DNA from: an uncultured Pelagibacteraceae bacterium
Lineage (GTDB): Bacteria; Pseudomonadota; Alphaproteobacteria; Pelagibacterales; Pelagibacteraceae
Length of the DNA stretch: 64,000 bases
NCBI GenBank assembly: GCA_902540235.1
Contig: CACBLI010000008.1
Location: 13,135-77,134, forward strand
Direction: 5' to 3'
Made by a program: the position numbers and the translations under genes. The notes below the pieces were generated by a model. The model made no database searches and was not told the origin of the DNA. It was given only the letters and a program-made list of their open reading frames with translations. Of this stretch, positions 9,729 through 21,725 are shown piece after piece (positions within the stretch are counted from its first letter, which is position 1; each line of letters starts with the position of its first letter).

Positions 9729-12353
9729 ATGAGTGATAAATATATACATTCCAATGTAGAAGATAAGATTTATTCATATTGGGAAAAAAATAAACTATTT
9801 AAACCTCAAAAAAATTCAAAAAAATTTTCAGTTGTAATTCCGCCACCAAATGTAACAGGAAGTTTGCATATGGGTCATGCTTTGAATAACTCGATTCAAG
9901 ACATGCTAGTTCGATATTATCGAATGAACAATTATGAAACCTTATGGCAACCAGGCACAGATCACGCTGGTATTGCAACTCAGGCACTTGTTGAGAGGAA
10001 ACTTGAAAATGAAAATCTAAATAAAAATAATCTAGGAAGAGAAAAATTTATTGAAAAAGTTTGGGAATGGAAAAATCAGTATGGCGATATAATTATCAAT
10101 CAATTAAAAAAACTAGGGTGTTCATGTGACTGGTCTAGAAATGCATTCACCATGGATGAAAATTTATCTAAATCTGTAATAAAAGTATTTGTTGAATTAC
10201 ACAAAAAGAAATTAATCTACAAAGCTGAGAAATTAGTAAATTGGGATACAGTACTAAAAACTGCAATTTCAGACTTAGAGGTAGATCAAAGAGAAATGAA
10301 TTCTAAAATATACTACATTAAGTATCCAATAGATAAATCATCTGAATTTATCACCATAGCCACAACAAGGCCTGAAACTATGCTTGGGGACACTGCTATT
10401 GCAGTCAATCCAAAAGATAAAAGATATAAAAATTTTGTTGGTAAAACAGTAACCATACCTATTGTGGGTAGAAAAATTAAAATAATAAAAGACAATTATG
10501 CAGATCCAGAGCAAGGAACGGGCGCATTAAAAATTACTCCTGCACATGATTTTAATGATTATGATGTAGGACAAAGAAACAATCTCGCTATTATAAATGT
10601 TTTTACAGAAGAAGGAAAAATAAACGATAATGCGCCAAAAGATTATGTAGGATTAGACAGATTTGATGCACGTAAAAAAATACTAAATGAACTTAAAGAA
10701 AAAGATTATTTTGTTAAAGAGGAAAATATAAAAAATAAGGTTCCTTATGGAGATAGATCTAATTCTGTTATTGAGCCTTTTTTAACTGAGCAATGGTTTG
10801 TTGATGCAAAAAAGTTAGCAGTTAAAGCAAAAAAAATTGTTAAATCTAAAAAAACAAATTTTTTTCCAAATAACTGGTCTAAAACTTATTTTCAATGGAT
10901 GAATAACATTGAGCCTTGGTGTGTTTCTAGACAGTTGTGGTGGGGTCATCAAATTCCAGCGTGGTATGGACCTGATGATAGAATATTTGTTGCATTAAAT
11001 GAAAAAGATGCAAGTAAACAAGCTAAGAAATATTATAAAAAAGAAGTAAAATTAGTTAGAGATCCTGACGTACTAGATACCTGGTTTTCCTCAGGGTTAT
11101 GGCCGTTTGCAACTTTAGGATGGCCAGATAAAAAAGATTTTGTAAAAAAGTTTTATCCAACAACAGTTTTAGTTACTGGTTTTGACATAATTTTTTTCTG
11201 GGTTGCAAGAATGATGATGTTTGGAATGGAATTTCTTAATAAAGAACCTTTTAAAGATATCTATGTTCATGCTTTAGTGAGAGATGAAAAAGGACAAAAA
11301 ATGTCTAAATCCAAAGGCAATGTTATTGATCCTTTAGATTTAATTGAAAAATATAGCGCGGATGCTTTACGATTTACATTACTTTCAATGGCCTCTCCCG
11401 GAACTGACGTTAAACTCTCTGAAGATAGAGTGAAAGGTTATAGAAATTTTTTAAATAAATTGTGGAATGCTAATAATTTTTTAATCACAAATAAGTGTGA
11501 TTTTAAAAAGACTGACAAAACTCCAAAAACAACTTTAAATATCAATAAATGGATTTATTCTGAATTAATAGAAATTAAAGATAAAATTCAAAAAAATATT
11601 AAAGACTACAGATTTGATGAGGCAGCAAAAAATGTATATCAATTTGCTTGGCATTCATATTGTGATTGGTATATCGAATTGTCAAAAACAATCCTTAATT
11701 CAGATGATGAAAAGTCAAAAAAGGAGGTAAAAGAAGTTTCAGCTTATGTTTTTAAACAAATACTTATCATGCTACATCCATTTATCCCATTTGTTACAGA
11801 GGAAATATGGTTAAAAAACAAGTTTGATAAATCGAATAAAAATTTCCTTATGTATAAAAACTGGCCTTCAGGTAAAATTAAAAAAGACAAATCTCAAAAA
11901 GATGTAGAGAAAATCATCAATATTATCTCCGAACTAAGAGTGTTTAAAAATGAGTTAAATGTCAGCCCAGGTTCATTTATAGATCTCTCTATGAACAAGA
12001 TAGCTAAAAAAAATCGATCTTTGATAGATAACAATGAAATAATCTTAAAAAAACTTGGTCGTATCAATAACTTTTTCGAAAAAGATCAAGATAAACCATC
12101 TGCAACTCTTGTAATTTCAGGTGATATATTCAAGATCTATTTTGATGAAAATGTTGACTTAAGTTTAATAAAAAAAAATTTACAAAAAAGACAAACTAAA
12201 TATCAAGATGAATTAGATAAGATTTCACAACGATTATCCAATAAAGGATTTGTCGATAGGGCACCAAAAAATATTGTTGAACAAGAAAAAACTAACTATA
12301 GTAACCTAAAAAATGATATCAAAAAAATATCTTTAACAATTGAAAGTTTATAA
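9729..12353 (+). CDS. valS: Valine--tRNA ligase
   Basis: 874 aa with a class I HIGH-type motif ([13 protein letters not shown]), KMSKSKGN and a C-terminal coiled-coil tail. Confidence 0.95.
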   Translation: MSDKYIHSNVEDKIYSYWEKNKLFKPQKNSKKFSVVIPPPNVTGSLHMGHALNNSIQDMLVRYYRMNNYETLWQPGTDHAGIATQALVERKLENENLNKNNLGREKFIEKVWEWKNQYGDIIINQLKKLGCSCDWSRNAFTMDENLSKSVIKVFVELHKKKLIYKAEKLVNWDTVLKTAISDLEVDQREMNSKIYYIKYPIDKSSEFITIATTRPETMLGDTAIAVNPKDKRYKNFVGKTVTIPIVGRKIKIIKDNYADPEQGTGALKITPAHDFNDYDVGQRNNLAIINVFTEEGKINDNAPKDYVGLDRFDARKKILNELKEKDYFVKEENIKNKVPYGDRSNSVIEPFLTEQWFVDAKKLAVKAKKIVKSKKTNFFPNNWSKTYFQWMNNIEPWCVSRQLWWGHQIPAWYGPDDRIFVALNEKDASKQAKKYYKKEVKLVRDPDVLDTWFSSGLWPFATLGWPDKKDFVKKFYPTTVLVTGFDIIFFWVARMMMFGMEFLNKEPFKDIYVHALVRDEKGQKMSKSKGNVIDPLDLIEKYSADALRFTLLSMASPGTDVKLSEDRVKGYRNFLNKLWNANNFLITNKCDFKKTDKTPKTTLNINKWIYSELIEIKDKIQKNIKDYRFDEAAKNVYQFAWHSYCDWYIELSKTILNSDDEKSKKEVKEVSAYVFKQILIMLHPFIPFVTEEIWLKNKFDKSNKNFLMYKNWPSGKIKKDKSQKDVEKIINIISELRVFKNELNVSPGSFIDLSMNKIAKKNRSLIDNNEIILKKLGRINNFFEKDQDKPSATLVISGDIFKIYFDENVDLSLIKKNLQKRQTKYQDELDKISQRLSNKGFVDRAPKNIVEQEKTNYSNLKNDIKKISLTIESL

Positions 12354-14071
12354 TGCGGAAATTTAATAAGAGGAAATTACCAAGTAGACACACATCTTTA
12401 GGACCAGATAGAGCTCCTCATAGATCTTTTTATTATGCAATGGGTGAAACTGAGAAAGATGTATCAAAACCTTTCGTAGGGGTTGTTTCTACATGGAACG
12501 AGGCTGCTCCTTGCAATATTGCTTTAATGAGACAAGCTCAATCAGTTAAAAAAGGTGTAAGAGCTTCAGGAGGAACTCCAAGAGAATTTTGTACAATCAC
12601 TGTTACTGATGGTATTGCAATGGGTCATGAAGGAATGAAATCCTCTCTCATTTCAAGAGAAGTTATTGCAGATAGTGCGGAGTTAACTGTAAGAGGTCAT
12701 TGTTATGATGCATTAGTCGGTATTGCTGGTTGTGATAAATCTTTACCAGGTTTAATGATGTCAATGGTAAGACTAAACGTACCAAGTGTTTTTATTTATG
12801 GAGGATCAATACTTCCAGGTAAATATAAAGGTAAAGATGTGACTGTTGTTGATGTTTTTGAGGCTGTTGGAAAACATTCATCAGGTCAAATGTCTGCAAA
12901 AGAATTAAGAAAATTGGAGTTAGTCGCATGTCCTACAGCTGGAGCTTGTGGTGGCCAATTTACTGCAAATACAATGGCGTGTGTATCAGAGGCAATTGGT
13001 TTAGCTTTACCTTATTCAGCAGGGACACCTGCTCCTTATGAAGAAAGAGATAAATATGCAAAAGCAAGTGGTAGAATGGTGATGGAATTATTAGCAAAAA
13101 GAATTAAACCGAGAGATATTGTTACAAGAAAAGCATTAGAAAACGCTGCGACTATAGTTGCTGCAACAGGTGGTTCAACTAATGCAGCCTTACATTTGCC
13201 AGCAATTGCAAATGAAGCAGGAATTAAATTTGATTTAATGGATGTTGCAAAAATTTTTAAAAAAACTCCTTACCTTGCAGATCTAAAACCAGGTGGAAAA
13301 TATGTTGCTAAAGATATGTGGTTAGCAGGTGGTGTACCAATGCTGCTGAAAACTCTGTATGATGGTGGTTATATTCATGGAGACTGCATGACAGTCACAG
13401 GTAAGACAATGAAAGAAAATCTTAAAGGAATTAAATTTAATCCAAAACAAAAAGTTTTAAGACCATATAATAAACCCCTATCACCAGATGGTGGTGTTGT
13501 TGGACTAAAAGGTAATTTAGCCCCTGAAGGTGGAATAGTTAAAATTGCAGGACTAAAAAAATTACAATTTACAGGAAAAGCAAGATGTTTTGATAACGAA
13601 GAAAGTGCAATGAGAGCAGTTCAAAGCAGAAGATATAAAGATGGTGATGTAATCATTATAAGATACGAAGGACCAGTTGGTGGTCCAGGTATGAGAGAGA
13701 TGCTTTCAACAACAGGCGCAATTTATGGTCAAGGTAAAGGAGAAAAAGTTGCTTTAATAACTGATGGAAGATTTTCAGGTGCAACAAGAGGTTTTTGTGT
13801 TGGTCATGTAGGACCTGAAGCTGCTTTGGGTGGACCCATTGCTCTTTTACGTAATGGCGATGTAATTGACATTGATGCTAAGAAGGGAACAATCAATGTT
13901 AGATTGACTAAAGTACAATTAGCTTCAAGAAGAAGAAGATGGAAGGCTAGAAAATCTGATTTTGGATCAGGCACACTTTGGAAATATGCACAAACAGTTG
14001 GTCCTGCATTTCTAGGAGCCCCAACTCATCCTGGTAAGAAAAAAGAAGTTAAAGACTATTCAAAAATTTAA
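12353..14071 (+). CDS. ilvD: Dihydroxy-acid dehydratase
   Basis: 572 aa with IlvD/Edd family motifs ([22 protein letters not shown]). TAATG overlap with valS. Confidence 0.95.
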   Translation: MRKFNKRKLPSRHTSLGPDRAPHRSFYYAMGETEKDVSKPFVGVVSTWNEAAPCNIALMRQAQSVKKGVRASGGTPREFCTITVTDGIAMGHEGMKSSLISREVIADSAELTVRGHCYDALVGIAGCDKSLPGLMMSMVRLNVPSVFIYGGSILPGKYKGKDVTVVDVFEAVGKHSSGQMSAKELRKLELVACPTAGACGGQFTANTMACVSEAIGLALPYSAGTPAPYEERDKYAKASGRMVMELLAKRIKPRDIVTRKALENAATIVAATGGSTNAALHLPAIANEAGIKFDLMDVAKIFKKTPYLADLKPGGKYVAKDMWLAGGVPMLLKTLYDGGYIHGDCMTVTGKTMKENLKGIKFNPKQKVLRPYNKPLSPDGGVVGLKGNLAPEGGIVKIAGLKKLQFTGKARCFDNEESAMRAVQSRRYKDGDVIIIRYEGPVGGPGMREMLSTTGAIYGQGKGEKVALITDGRFSGATRGFCVGHVGPEAALGGPIALLRNGDVIDIDAKKGTINVRLTKVQLASRRRRWKARKSDFGSGTLWKYAQTVGPAFLGAPTHPGKKKEVKDYSKI

Positions 14072-14460
14072 TGAAAAAAAAAATTTTAATTGTAGTAGCT
14101 AAATATTATAAAGATATATCTAATGGATTATTATCAAGTTCAAAAAGATTTTTACCAAAAAGTTCAAATTTGAAGATAATCGAAGTTCCAGGTGTTTTTG
14201 AAATTCCTATTACAATTAAAAAGAATATTAAAAAGTATGATGCGTTCATCGCTTTAGGATGTGTAATAAAAGGACAAACTCCTCATTTTGATTTCATTAG
14301 TCAGTCCTCAATTAACGCAATCATGAATTTATCTATAGATAATAATAAACCAATTGGAAACGGTATAATTACCTGCTTAAATCTTAAACAAGCTAAAGCA
14401 AGAAAAAAAAAAGGTGCTGAAGCAACGAAAGCTATTTTATCGGTTCTAACGCAAAAATGA
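14071..14460 (+). CDS. ribH: 6,7-dimethyl-8-ribityllumazine synthase (short form)
   Basis: 129 aa with a lumazine synthase pattern (VPGVFEIP, ALGCVIKGQTPHFDF). Followed by nusB, the conserved ribH-nusB pair. Confidence 0.85.
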   Translation: MKKKILIVVAKYYKDISNGLLSSSKRFLPKSSNLKIIEVPGVFEIPITIKKNIKKYDAFIALGCVIKGQTPHFDFISQSSINAIMNLSIDNNKPIGNGIITCLNLKQAKARKKKGAEATKAILSVLTQK

Positions 14461-14852
14461 GAACTGTATTTAGCCCAAAAAATAATCCTAGAGTTATTAT
14501 CATTCAAAAATTATATGGAAATTTTTTTAATGATGATGCTCAATTATTATTTCCTAAACATAGATTTAAAAAGTTTATTAAAGATATAGTTTTGGGAACT
14601 ATAGAAAGAGAAGAGGTTCTAATTGAAGAAATAAAAAAAACTTTTGGAAATGAATTAAATTTTGAAAAAATGGATAAAGTATTTCAAGTAATTTTAAAAT
14701 CATTTGCTTATGAAATTTTATATAAGCCAAATGTTTCTATAAATATAATTATAAAAGAATATCTTGATGCATCAAATTTTTTTTTAGAATTATCTCAAAC
14801 GAAATATTTAAATGCATTAATAGATAAACTAGCTAAGAAATTAAGATCTTAA
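14457..14852 (+). CDS. nusB: Transcription antitermination factor NusB
   Basis: 131 aa, ATGA overlap with ribH, in the conserved ribH-nusB-thiL order. Confidence 0.8.
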   Translation: MRTVFSPKNNPRVIIIQKLYGNFFNDDAQLLFPKHRFKKFIKDIVLGTIEREEVLIEEIKKTFGNELNFEKMDKVFQVILKSFAYEILYKPNVSINIIIKEYLDASNFFLELSQTKYLNALIDKLAKKLRS

Positions 14853-14853
14853 G

Positions 14854-15813
14854 ATGAATGAGAGCAAAATTATAAATGATTATCTTAAGAAATTAGTAAT
14901 AAAAAATAATGGTTCACTAAATTTAAATGATGACGTTTTTTTTGATAAGTCAAAAAAAACAGTAATTTCAGTTGATACGTACATTGAAGGTTCTCACTTT
15001 ATTGATTTTAAGAAACCTGAATTAGTTATGAAAAAGATAATTAGATCCTCTATATCAGATCTTATTTGCAAAGGGGTATTACCTAGATATTATTTTATTG
15101 CTGGTGCTGGTGATAGAAAATCTTTCAGTCAATTTAATCTAAAAAAAATTTTAAGGTCACTTAGACAAGAGCAGAAGAAATATAATATTTCTCTGGGCGG
15201 AGGTGACACTGTTTTTTCAAAAAAACTTAGTTTTACCATAACTACAATTGGTTATTCAAAAAAGATTATCAATAGAAACAATGCAAAGTTAAATGATGAT
15301 ATTTATGTAACTGGTAATCTAGGCGATAGTTTTATCGGTCTTAATATTTTAAAAAAAAGGATTAAAGTAAAAAATAATTTAAAAAGATATTTTGAAAATA
15401 GTTTCTATCGTCCATCTTTACATTTGAGTTTTTCACAAAAATTAAGCATTTTTGCCAATACTACAATTGATATTTCAGATGGCCTTATTACAGATTTAGA
15501 AAAACTGATTAACAAACAAAAATTATCATATAGACTATTTATTGATAGAGTGCCAATTTCTACTCAACTTAAAGAATTAATAGTTTTAAAAAAATTAAGA
15601 AAAGAGTTATGTGTATCTAATGGCGATGATTATCAAATTTTATTTACTGCCAGACCTTCAAAAGCTAAAGTCATTAAGAATATTGCTAAGTCTTTAGGTC
15701 TTAAAATTTCAAAAATTGGTAAAATTTGTTCTTCATCAACTAAACCTGAAATTTTAGATCAAAAAGGGATAAAAATTAAGCTAAAAACCAAAGGTTATAT
15801 TCATAAATTTTAA
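14854..15813 (+). CDS. thiL: Thiamine-monophosphate kinase
   Basis: 319 aa with a PurM-like AIR synthase fold pattern (DDVFF..., ISVDTYIEGSHF, GGDT, TIDISDGL). Sits after nusB. Confidence 0.85.
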   Translation: MNESKIINDYLKKLVIKNNGSLNLNDDVFFDKSKKTVISVDTYIEGSHFIDFKKPELVMKKIIRSSISDLICKGVLPRYYFIAGAGDRKSFSQFNLKKILRSLRQEQKKYNISLGGGDTVFSKKLSFTITTIGYSKKIINRNNAKLNDDIYVTGNLGDSFIGLNILKKRIKVKNNLKRYFENSFYRPSLHLSFSQKLSIFANTTIDISDGLITDLEKLINKQKLSYRLFIDRVPISTQLKELIVLKKLRKELCVSNGDDYQILFTARPSKAKVIKNIAKSLGLKISKIGKICSSSTKPEILDQKGIKIKLKTKGYIHKF

Positions 15814-15894
15814 AAGAAATCATTGCCTTTTATCTTCTTTTTTGTATTGTGCGGATTTTAACAATTAACAACCAACTACTTAATTAAGGCTTTT

Positions 15895-18000
15895 ATGAAT
15901 TCATCTGTTGAAACAATATTATTATATACTATTGCTGCTGGCTTTTTATCAATTGTCTACGGATTTTTTACTGGAAAAAATATTTTAAATTCAAGTGCAG
16001 GTAATTCTAAAATGCAAGAAATTGCATCCGCAATACAAATTGGTGCAAAAGCTTATTTAGCCAGACAGTATAAAACTATTGCAATAGTAGGTGTTGTAGT
16101 TCTAGTTATCGTGAGTATTGCTTTTAGTCCTTTAGTTGGTTTAGGATACTTATTAGGAGCTGCTTTATCTGGAATAGCAGGTTACGTTGGAATGCTAGTT
16201 TCAGTTCAAGCAAATGTTAGAACTGCTGAAGCCTCAAGGAAAGGTTTGTCAGAGGGACTATCAGTAGCTTTTAAATCTGGTGCAGTAACTGGTATGTTGG
16301 TTGCAGGATTAGCACTGTTAGCTATTGCAGTTTATTACTATTTATTATTAAAATTTAATGTTGATGAGAGAGAAATTGTAAATGCACTTGTTGCTTTAGG
16401 TTTTGGTGCTTCTTTAATTTCAATTTTTGCTAGACTTGGTGGTGGAATATTTACAAAAGGTGCAGACGTAGGTGCAGATTTAGTTGGTAAAGTTGAAGCA
16501 GGAATTCCAGAAGATGATCCAAGAAATCCTGCAGTAATTGCTGACAACGTAGGAGATAATGTAGGTGATTGCGCAGGGATGGCTGCTGATTTATTTGAGA
16601 CTTATGCTGTAACAATAGTTGCAACTATGGTTTTATCCTCAATATTTTTTCCGAATGATATGACTATGATGATTTATCCTTTAACTATTGGTGGCGCTTG
16701 TATATTAACATCTATAATTGGAACTTTTTTTGTAAAATTAGGCAAAAGTAAAAATGTTATGAATGCTTTGTATAAAGGATTTGTTGTTTCTGCTATTTCA
16801 TCCCTTATAATTCTTTACCCTGTTACTGATTATGTTCTTGGTTTAGAAAATTCCTTCAGTTTAAATAACAAATCTTTCTCAGGTATGAGCTTGTATTATT
16901 GTGGAGTAATAGGTTTGGTTATTACAGGATTATTGATTTGGGTTACAGAATACTATACTGGAACTGGTTATAGACCTGTTAGAAGTGTTGCAAGCTCTTC
17001 AACTACTGGCCATGGAACAAACGTAATACAAGGATTAGCAATTTCATTAGAAGCTACAGCAATTCCAGCTCTTATTATTGTAGCTGGTATATTACTTACT
17101 AATCATATTGCAGGTCTATATGGTATAGCTATAGCAGTAACAACTATGCTTGCTTTAGCCGGTATGGTAGTTGCTTTAGATGCTTACGGTCCTGTTACTG
17201 ACAATGCTGGCGGTATAGCAGAAATGTCAAAATTACCCAACAATGTTAGAAAAACAACTGATGCTTTAGATGCGGTAGGTAATACAACTAAAGCAGTAAC
17301 CAAAGGATATGCTATTGGCTCAGCAGGATTAGGTGCACTTGTTCTTTTTGCTGCTTACACAGAGGACATTAAGCATTTTTCAAAAGTAGCTGGCTCTAAG
17401 CTTGAGGGTATAGTAGTTACTTTTGATTTATCAAATCCATATGTCGTTGTAGGTCTATTAATTGGTGGTATGTTACCATACTTATTTGGATCTATGGGAA
17501 TGCAGGCTGTAGGTAGAGCAGGTGGTGCAGTTGTTATTGAAGTTAGAAGGCAATTCAAAAAATATCCAGGAATAATGAAAAAGAAACAAAAACCTGATTA
17601 TGCTAAGTTGGTTGATTTATTAACTGTAGCAGCAATCAAAGAAATGATCATTCCATCTTTATTGCCTGTTTTGTCTCCAATAGTTTTATATTTTATAATT
17701 TTTGCAATTGGTGGCCAAGTGGCTGCTTTAGCTTCAGTCGGTGCGATGTTGCTAGGGGTAATTATAACAGGTTTGTTTGTTGCTGTCTCAATGACAGCTG
17801 GAGGTGGAGCATGGGATAATGCTAAAAAGTATATTGAAGATGGAAATCATGGCGGAAAAGGTTCCGAAGCCCATAAAGCAGCGGTTACAGGTGATACAGT
17901 TGGTGATCCATACAAAGATACTGCTGGTCCTGCAGTTAATCCAATGATTAAAATTACTAATATTGTTGCACTAATGCTGTTAGCTGTAATAGCAAATTAA
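15895..18000 (+). CDS. hppA: Membrane-bound ion-translocating pyrophosphatase
   Basis: 701 aa, polytopic, with V-PPase signatures ([42 protein letters not shown]). Confidence 0.95.
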   Translation: MNSSVETILLYTIAAGFLSIVYGFFTGKNILNSSAGNSKMQEIASAIQIGAKAYLARQYKTIAIVGVVVLVIVSIAFSPLVGLGYLLGAALSGIAGYVGMLVSVQANVRTAEASRKGLSEGLSVAFKSGAVTGMLVAGLALLAIAVYYYLLLKFNVDEREIVNALVALGFGASLISIFARLGGGIFTKGADVGADLVGKVEAGIPEDDPRNPAVIADNVGDNVGDCAGMAADLFETYAVTIVATMVLSSIFFPNDMTMMIYPLTIGGACILTSIIGTFFVKLGKSKNVMNALYKGFVVSAISSLIILYPVTDYVLGLENSFSLNNKSFSGMSLYYCGVIGLVITGLLIWVTEYYTGTGYRPVRSVASSSTTGHGTNVIQGLAISLEATAIPALIIVAGILLTNHIAGLYGIAIAVTTMLALAGMVVALDAYGPVTDNAGGIAEMSKLPNNVRKTTDALDAVGNTTKAVTKGYAIGSAGLGALVLFAAYTEDIKHFSKVAGSKLEGIVVTFDLSNPYVVVGLLIGGMLPYLFGSMGMQAVGRAGGAVVIEVRRQFKKYPGIMKKKQKPDYAKLVDLLTVAAIKEMIIPSLLPVLSPIVLYFIIFAIGGQVAALASVGAMLLGVIITGLFVAVSMTAGGGAWDNAKKYIEDGNHGGKGSEAHKAAVTGDTVGDPYKDTAGPAVNPMIKITNIVALMLLAVIAN

Positions 18001-18461
18001 TCTTTTTTTCTTTTTCCCAAAGGATCATTAACTTTTTGTCTCATACTTGATAAGAAGTCGTAAATAAAACTTTGTTTTTTATAATCGACAGTTGTTTCGC
18101 TAGATACAATTTTTATTTTTTTCATTTTATTTAAATCATAAAATTCTTTTTTTGATAAAATCCCTCTGTTATCAATCTCTAAAACTAAAACGTTATTTTC
18201 TAAATATTTTTTTTTACCTAATTTTATTAGTTTTCCCCTAGTTATTTTTCTTTCAATATAAAAGTATAAGTCGTTATTAAATGTACTCGTTACAGAGGGG
18301 GGGCCAAGTAATTTAATAATATCATTTTTATTTGTTTCTGATACAGTAATCATATCACTTTTTTTTTTTAATAAATGTACACCATGATGATCTACACGTT
18401 TTTTAAATCCACAGCTTGGGATCATTGCAAGAATAACAAGTGTCAAAAATAATTTTTTCAT
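17997..18461 (-). CDS. bamE: Outer membrane assembly lipoprotein BamE (SmpA/OmlA family)
   Basis: 154 aa with a lipobox (MIPSCG) and an SmpA/OmlA-like core ([26 protein letters not shown]). Its stop overlaps the hppA stop. Confidence 0.75.
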   Translation of the reverse strand: MKKLFLTLVILAMIPSCGFKKRVDHHGVHLLKKKSDMITVSETNKNDIIKLLGPPSVTSTFNNDLYFYIERKITRGKLIKLGKKKYLENNVLVLEIDNRGILSKKEFYDLNKMKKIKIVSSETTVDYKKQSFIYDFLSSMRQKVNDPLGKRKKD

Positions 18462-18927
18462 GGAGAAATCTTATATACATATTTATAATAAATTAATTGA
18501 ATTAGCTAGGAATAAAGATCTTTATAAAGATTTCAAAAATCAAGATATATTTTCAGATCGATTAACTTTTTTTTTAATACATTTTGCTCTTTTTTTTAAA
18601 GTTTTTAAAAATAATGATAATAGAAAAGAACTTCAAGATATCTATGATTTCACTTTCAGGCAACTAGAGCTAAGTATTAGAGAAATAGGTTATGGCGATC
18701 AGTCAATAAATAAAAAGATGAAAGATTACATAAATTTATTTCATGACATGATCGATAAATTTCATTTCTGGGATGATTTAAAAAAAGAACAAAAACAAGA
18801 AATTATAGGAAATTACACCTCTAATTCTAAAAATAGTTCATTCTTATTAGATTATTTTGAAAGTTATCTAAATTCTCTTAAAAAAAACACTTTAAATTCT
18901 TTTATAAAAAGTGTAATTAAAAACTAA
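18460..18927 (+). CDS. Ubiquinol-cytochrome c chaperone (Cbp3-like) domain protein
   Basis: 155 aa. The pattern F.DR..F..IH...F.....[25 protein letters not shown] resembles the Ubiq_cyt_C_chap family that sits between bamE and rpmF-plsX in alphaproteobacteria. Confidence 0.65.
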   Translation: MEKSYIHIYNKLIELARNKDLYKDFKNQDIFSDRLTFFLIHFALFFKVFKNNDNRKELQDIYDFTFRQLELSIREIGYGDQSINKKMKDYINLFHDMIDKFHFWDDLKKEQKQEIIGNYTSNSKNSSFLLDYFESYLNSLKKNTLNSFIKSVIKN

Positions 18928-18929
18928 TT

Positions 18930-19112
18930 ATGGCAGTTCCAAAACGTAAACAAACACCTTCTAGAACAGGAATGAGAAGATCTAAGAATATGAAATTTTC
19001 ATCTAAAAATGTTGTCGAAGACAAAAAATCAGGTGAATATAGACTTTCTCATCATCTTGATTTAAAAACCGGTATGTATAAAGGCCGACAAGTCTTAGAT
19101 CCGAAAGAATAA
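18930..19112 (+). CDS. rpmF: 50S ribosomal protein L32
   Basis: 60 aa with an [19 protein letters not shown]-terminus. Precedes plsX. Confidence 0.93.
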   Translation: MAVPKRKQTPSRTGMRRSKNMKFSSKNVVEDKKSGEYRLSHHLDLKTGMYKGRQVLDPKE

Positions 19113-19130
19113 TAAAAAATATTTTTTAAA

Positions 19131-20135
19131 ATGCATGACTTAATTAAAATTGCAGTTGATGCAATGGGTGGAGATGGATCACCTAAAAAAATTATAGATG
19201 GTATTATTCATAACCATAAACATAATAAAGAAAATTTTTTTAGAATTTTTGGTAAAAAAAATATAATCGAAAATGACCTTAATTCGAAAATTGACAAGAA
19301 GTTTTATGAAGTTATTGATACAGAAAATGCGGTTAAAAGTACGGATAGCCCTCTTGAAGCAGCTAAAAGAGGTAAAGATACAAGTATGTGGCTAGCTATA
19401 GAAAGTGTAAAAAAAAAAGATTCTGATATAGTCATATCTGCAGGAAATACTGGAGCACTTTTAGTTATCTCAAAATTAAATCTAAAGATGATCGAAAATA
19501 TAGACAAACCAGCTCTATCTGCATTATGGCCAAACAAAAAAGGCATGAGTGTTGTTCTTGATCTTGGAGCAAACATAGAATGCAGTGCAAAAAATTTAGT
19601 TGATTTTTCAATCATGGGAGCTTCGCTTTATAAATCTTTATATCCCCAAGAAAATCCAAATGTGGCTCTATTAAATATTGGATCTGAAGAATTAAAGGGG
19701 AATGAGACAATAAAAGAAACCTTTCAACTTATGAATAACAAAAAATCAGACAGTTATAATTTTGCTGGCTATATTGAAGGTAATGAAATTATGAACGGAG
19801 ATGTTAATGTAATAGTTTCAGATGGTTTTACTGGAAATGTAGCATTGAAAACTGCCGAAGGTACAGCAAATTTCATAACCAGTGAGCTTAAACATGCTCT
19901 TTCAGGATCTATTATTGGTAAACTTTCCTCACTTTTGAATATATCAAATTTAAGAAAATTTAAGAAAAGATTAGATCCAAGGTTATATAATGGTGCAATA
20001 TTCATTGGTCTTGACGCTCCGGTTGTTAAAAGCCACGGAGGAACTGATTATTTTGGTTTCTCAAATTCAATTGATGTATGTAACAAGATTGTTAAAGGAA
20101 ATCTGATTAAAAAGATAAATGAGAATATTGAATAA
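19131..20135 (+). CDS. plsX: Phosphate acyltransferase PlsX
   Basis: 334 aa with a PlsX pattern (IAVDAMGGDGSP, ISAGNTGAL, VSDGFTGNVALKT, VKSHGG). Confidence 0.93.
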   Translation: MHDLIKIAVDAMGGDGSPKKIIDGIIHNHKHNKENFFRIFGKKNIIENDLNSKIDKKFYEVIDTENAVKSTDSPLEAAKRGKDTSMWLAIESVKKKDSDIVISAGNTGALLVISKLNLKMIENIDKPALSALWPNKKGMSVVLDLGANIECSAKNLVDFSIMGASLYKSLYPQENPNVALLNIGSEELKGNETIKETFQLMNNKKSDSYNFAGYIEGNEIMNGDVNVIVSDGFTGNVALKTAEGTANFITSELKHALSGSIIGKLSSLLNISNLRKFKKRLDPRLYNGAIFIGLDAPVVKSHGGTDYFGFSNSIDVCNKIVKGNLIKKINENIE

Positions 20136-20141
20136 ATAATA

Positions 20142-21011
20142 ATGTTTTCAATAATCATTCCCACATTAAATAATCTATCATATCTTAAACTATGTATAAA
20201 AAGTATTCAGAAAAATTCAAAATATAATCACGAAATTATACCTCATGTTAATGTTGGCACAGATGGAACATTAGAATATCTAAAAAAAAATAACATAAAA
20301 TTTACTTACACAAAAGATAATTCAGGAATCTGCAAAGGTATGAATCTTGCAGCTAAAGAGTCAAAAAAAGAATACATCTTGTACGCTCATGATGATTTTT
20401 ATTTTTGTCCTAATTGGGATTTAATTTTGAAAGATGAAATTGAAAGGATAGGTCACAATCTATTTTATTTATCTGGAACAATGATGCATCGAGGCCAGAT
20501 TGATTTTGATTGTGGAAATACCTTTGAAGATTTCGATGAGAAAAAATTTTTATCAAATTATAAAGATTACAATTATTATGATTTTCAAGGATCAACATGG
20601 GCACCACATCTAATTCACAAGGATATTTGGAATAAAGTAAACGGTTTTAGTGAAGAATTTTATCCTGGTACTGGATCAGATCCAGATTTAAATATGAAAT
20701 TATGGAAATTAGGAGTGCGTATTTTTAAAGGTATTAATGATTTTAAAGTTTACCACTTTGGATCTATTGTCACAAGAAAATATAAGGGTGACTCAAAAAT
20801 TATAACTGAGTCAGGAAGCAAAGGTGGAAAGATATTTTTATTAAAATGGGGAATGACAATTAAGTTTTTTAAAAAATTTATAATGAAATCAGATACGAAA
20901 TTCAATGGTGAGCTTAAAGATCCAATTAGAAATTTTAATTTTTATATTAATCTATTTATTACAAAAATAAATTTTTTTTATGTAAAGTACTTTTATAAAA
21001 TTAAAATATAA
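20142..21011 (+). CDS. Family 2 glycosyltransferase
   Basis: 289 aa with an N-terminal FSIIIPTLNN start and an acidic AHDDF motif typical of GT-A/GT2 enzymes. Confidence 0.75.
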   Translation: MFSIIIPTLNNLSYLKLCIKSIQKNSKYNHEIIPHVNVGTDGTLEYLKKNNIKFTYTKDNSGICKGMNLAAKESKKEYILYAHDDFYFCPNWDLILKDEIERIGHNLFYLSGTMMHRGQIDFDCGNTFEDFDEKKFLSNYKDYNYYDFQGSTWAPHLIHKDIWNKVNGFSEEFYPGTGSDPDLNMKLWKLGVRIFKGINDFKVYHFGSIVTRKYKGDSKIITESGSKGGKIFLLKWGMTIKFFKKFIMKSDTKFNGELKDPIRNFNFYINLFITKINFFYVKYFYKIKI

Positions 21012-21016
21012 TAACT

Positions 21017-21721
21017 ATGTCAGAAAGACAAAATTTATTTATTAACATCAAATATAGATTTAAAAAATTTTTTTATCTATTCTATGGAGAGAAATTTTTT
21101 AAAAAAAAAAGATATGATTGGGGAAAGTACCCAAAGAGATTTGAGATAATTCAAGACATTATTGAATTTAAAAAATATAATTCCTATTTAGAAATTGGCT
21201 GTGATAGAAATCAAAGTTTTTCAAATATCAAGATTGAAAAAAGGGTAGGGGTAGATCCGGTTGAAGGTGGAACACATAAAATGACAAGCGATCATTTTTT
21301 TTCTATAAATAAGGATAATTTCGACATAATATTTATAGATGGACTTCATGAATATTCCCAGGTCATGAAAGATATAAAAAATTCACTAAAATTTATAAAT
21401 AAAAACGGGATAATTCTTCTTCATGATTGTTTACCTAGAACAATATGGAACCAAATCACTCCAAGACTAAATTCAGATTGGAATGGAGATGTTTGGAAGT
21501 CCATAGTGCATTGTAGAACACTAGAAAATATTGATACTTATACTTTTATTGCAGACCGAGGAATTGGATTAATTTTACCAAGAAAAAATAAGAATTTAAT
21601 TAAGTTTGAAAAAAAAGTAAATTTCAAAGATTTAACTTTTAAACAATATTTCATTGAACATGAATACCTAATGAATACGCTACATTATGATAAATCAAAA
21701 ATTCATGATTTATTTAAGTGA
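21017..21721 (+). CDS. Class I SAM-dependent methyltransferase (polysaccharide-cluster type)
   Basis: 234 aa. LEIGCD...VGVDP...FDIIFIDGLHEYSQVMKDIKNSLKFINKNGIILLHDCLP matches the Methyltransf_21/24-like pattern seen in surface-glycan loci. Confidence 0.7.
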   Translation: MSERQNLFINIKYRFKKFFYLFYGEKFFKKKRYDWGKYPKRFEIIQDIIEFKKYNSYLEIGCDRNQSFSNIKIEKRVGVDPVEGGTHKMTSDHFFSINKDNFDIIFIDGLHEYSQVMKDIKNSLKFINKNGIILLHDCLPRTIWNQITPRLNSDWNGDVWKSIVHCRTLENIDTYTFIADRGIGLILPRKNKNLIKFEKKVNFKDLTFKQYFIEHEYLMNTLHYDKSKIHDLFK

Positions 21722-21725
21722 TTAA

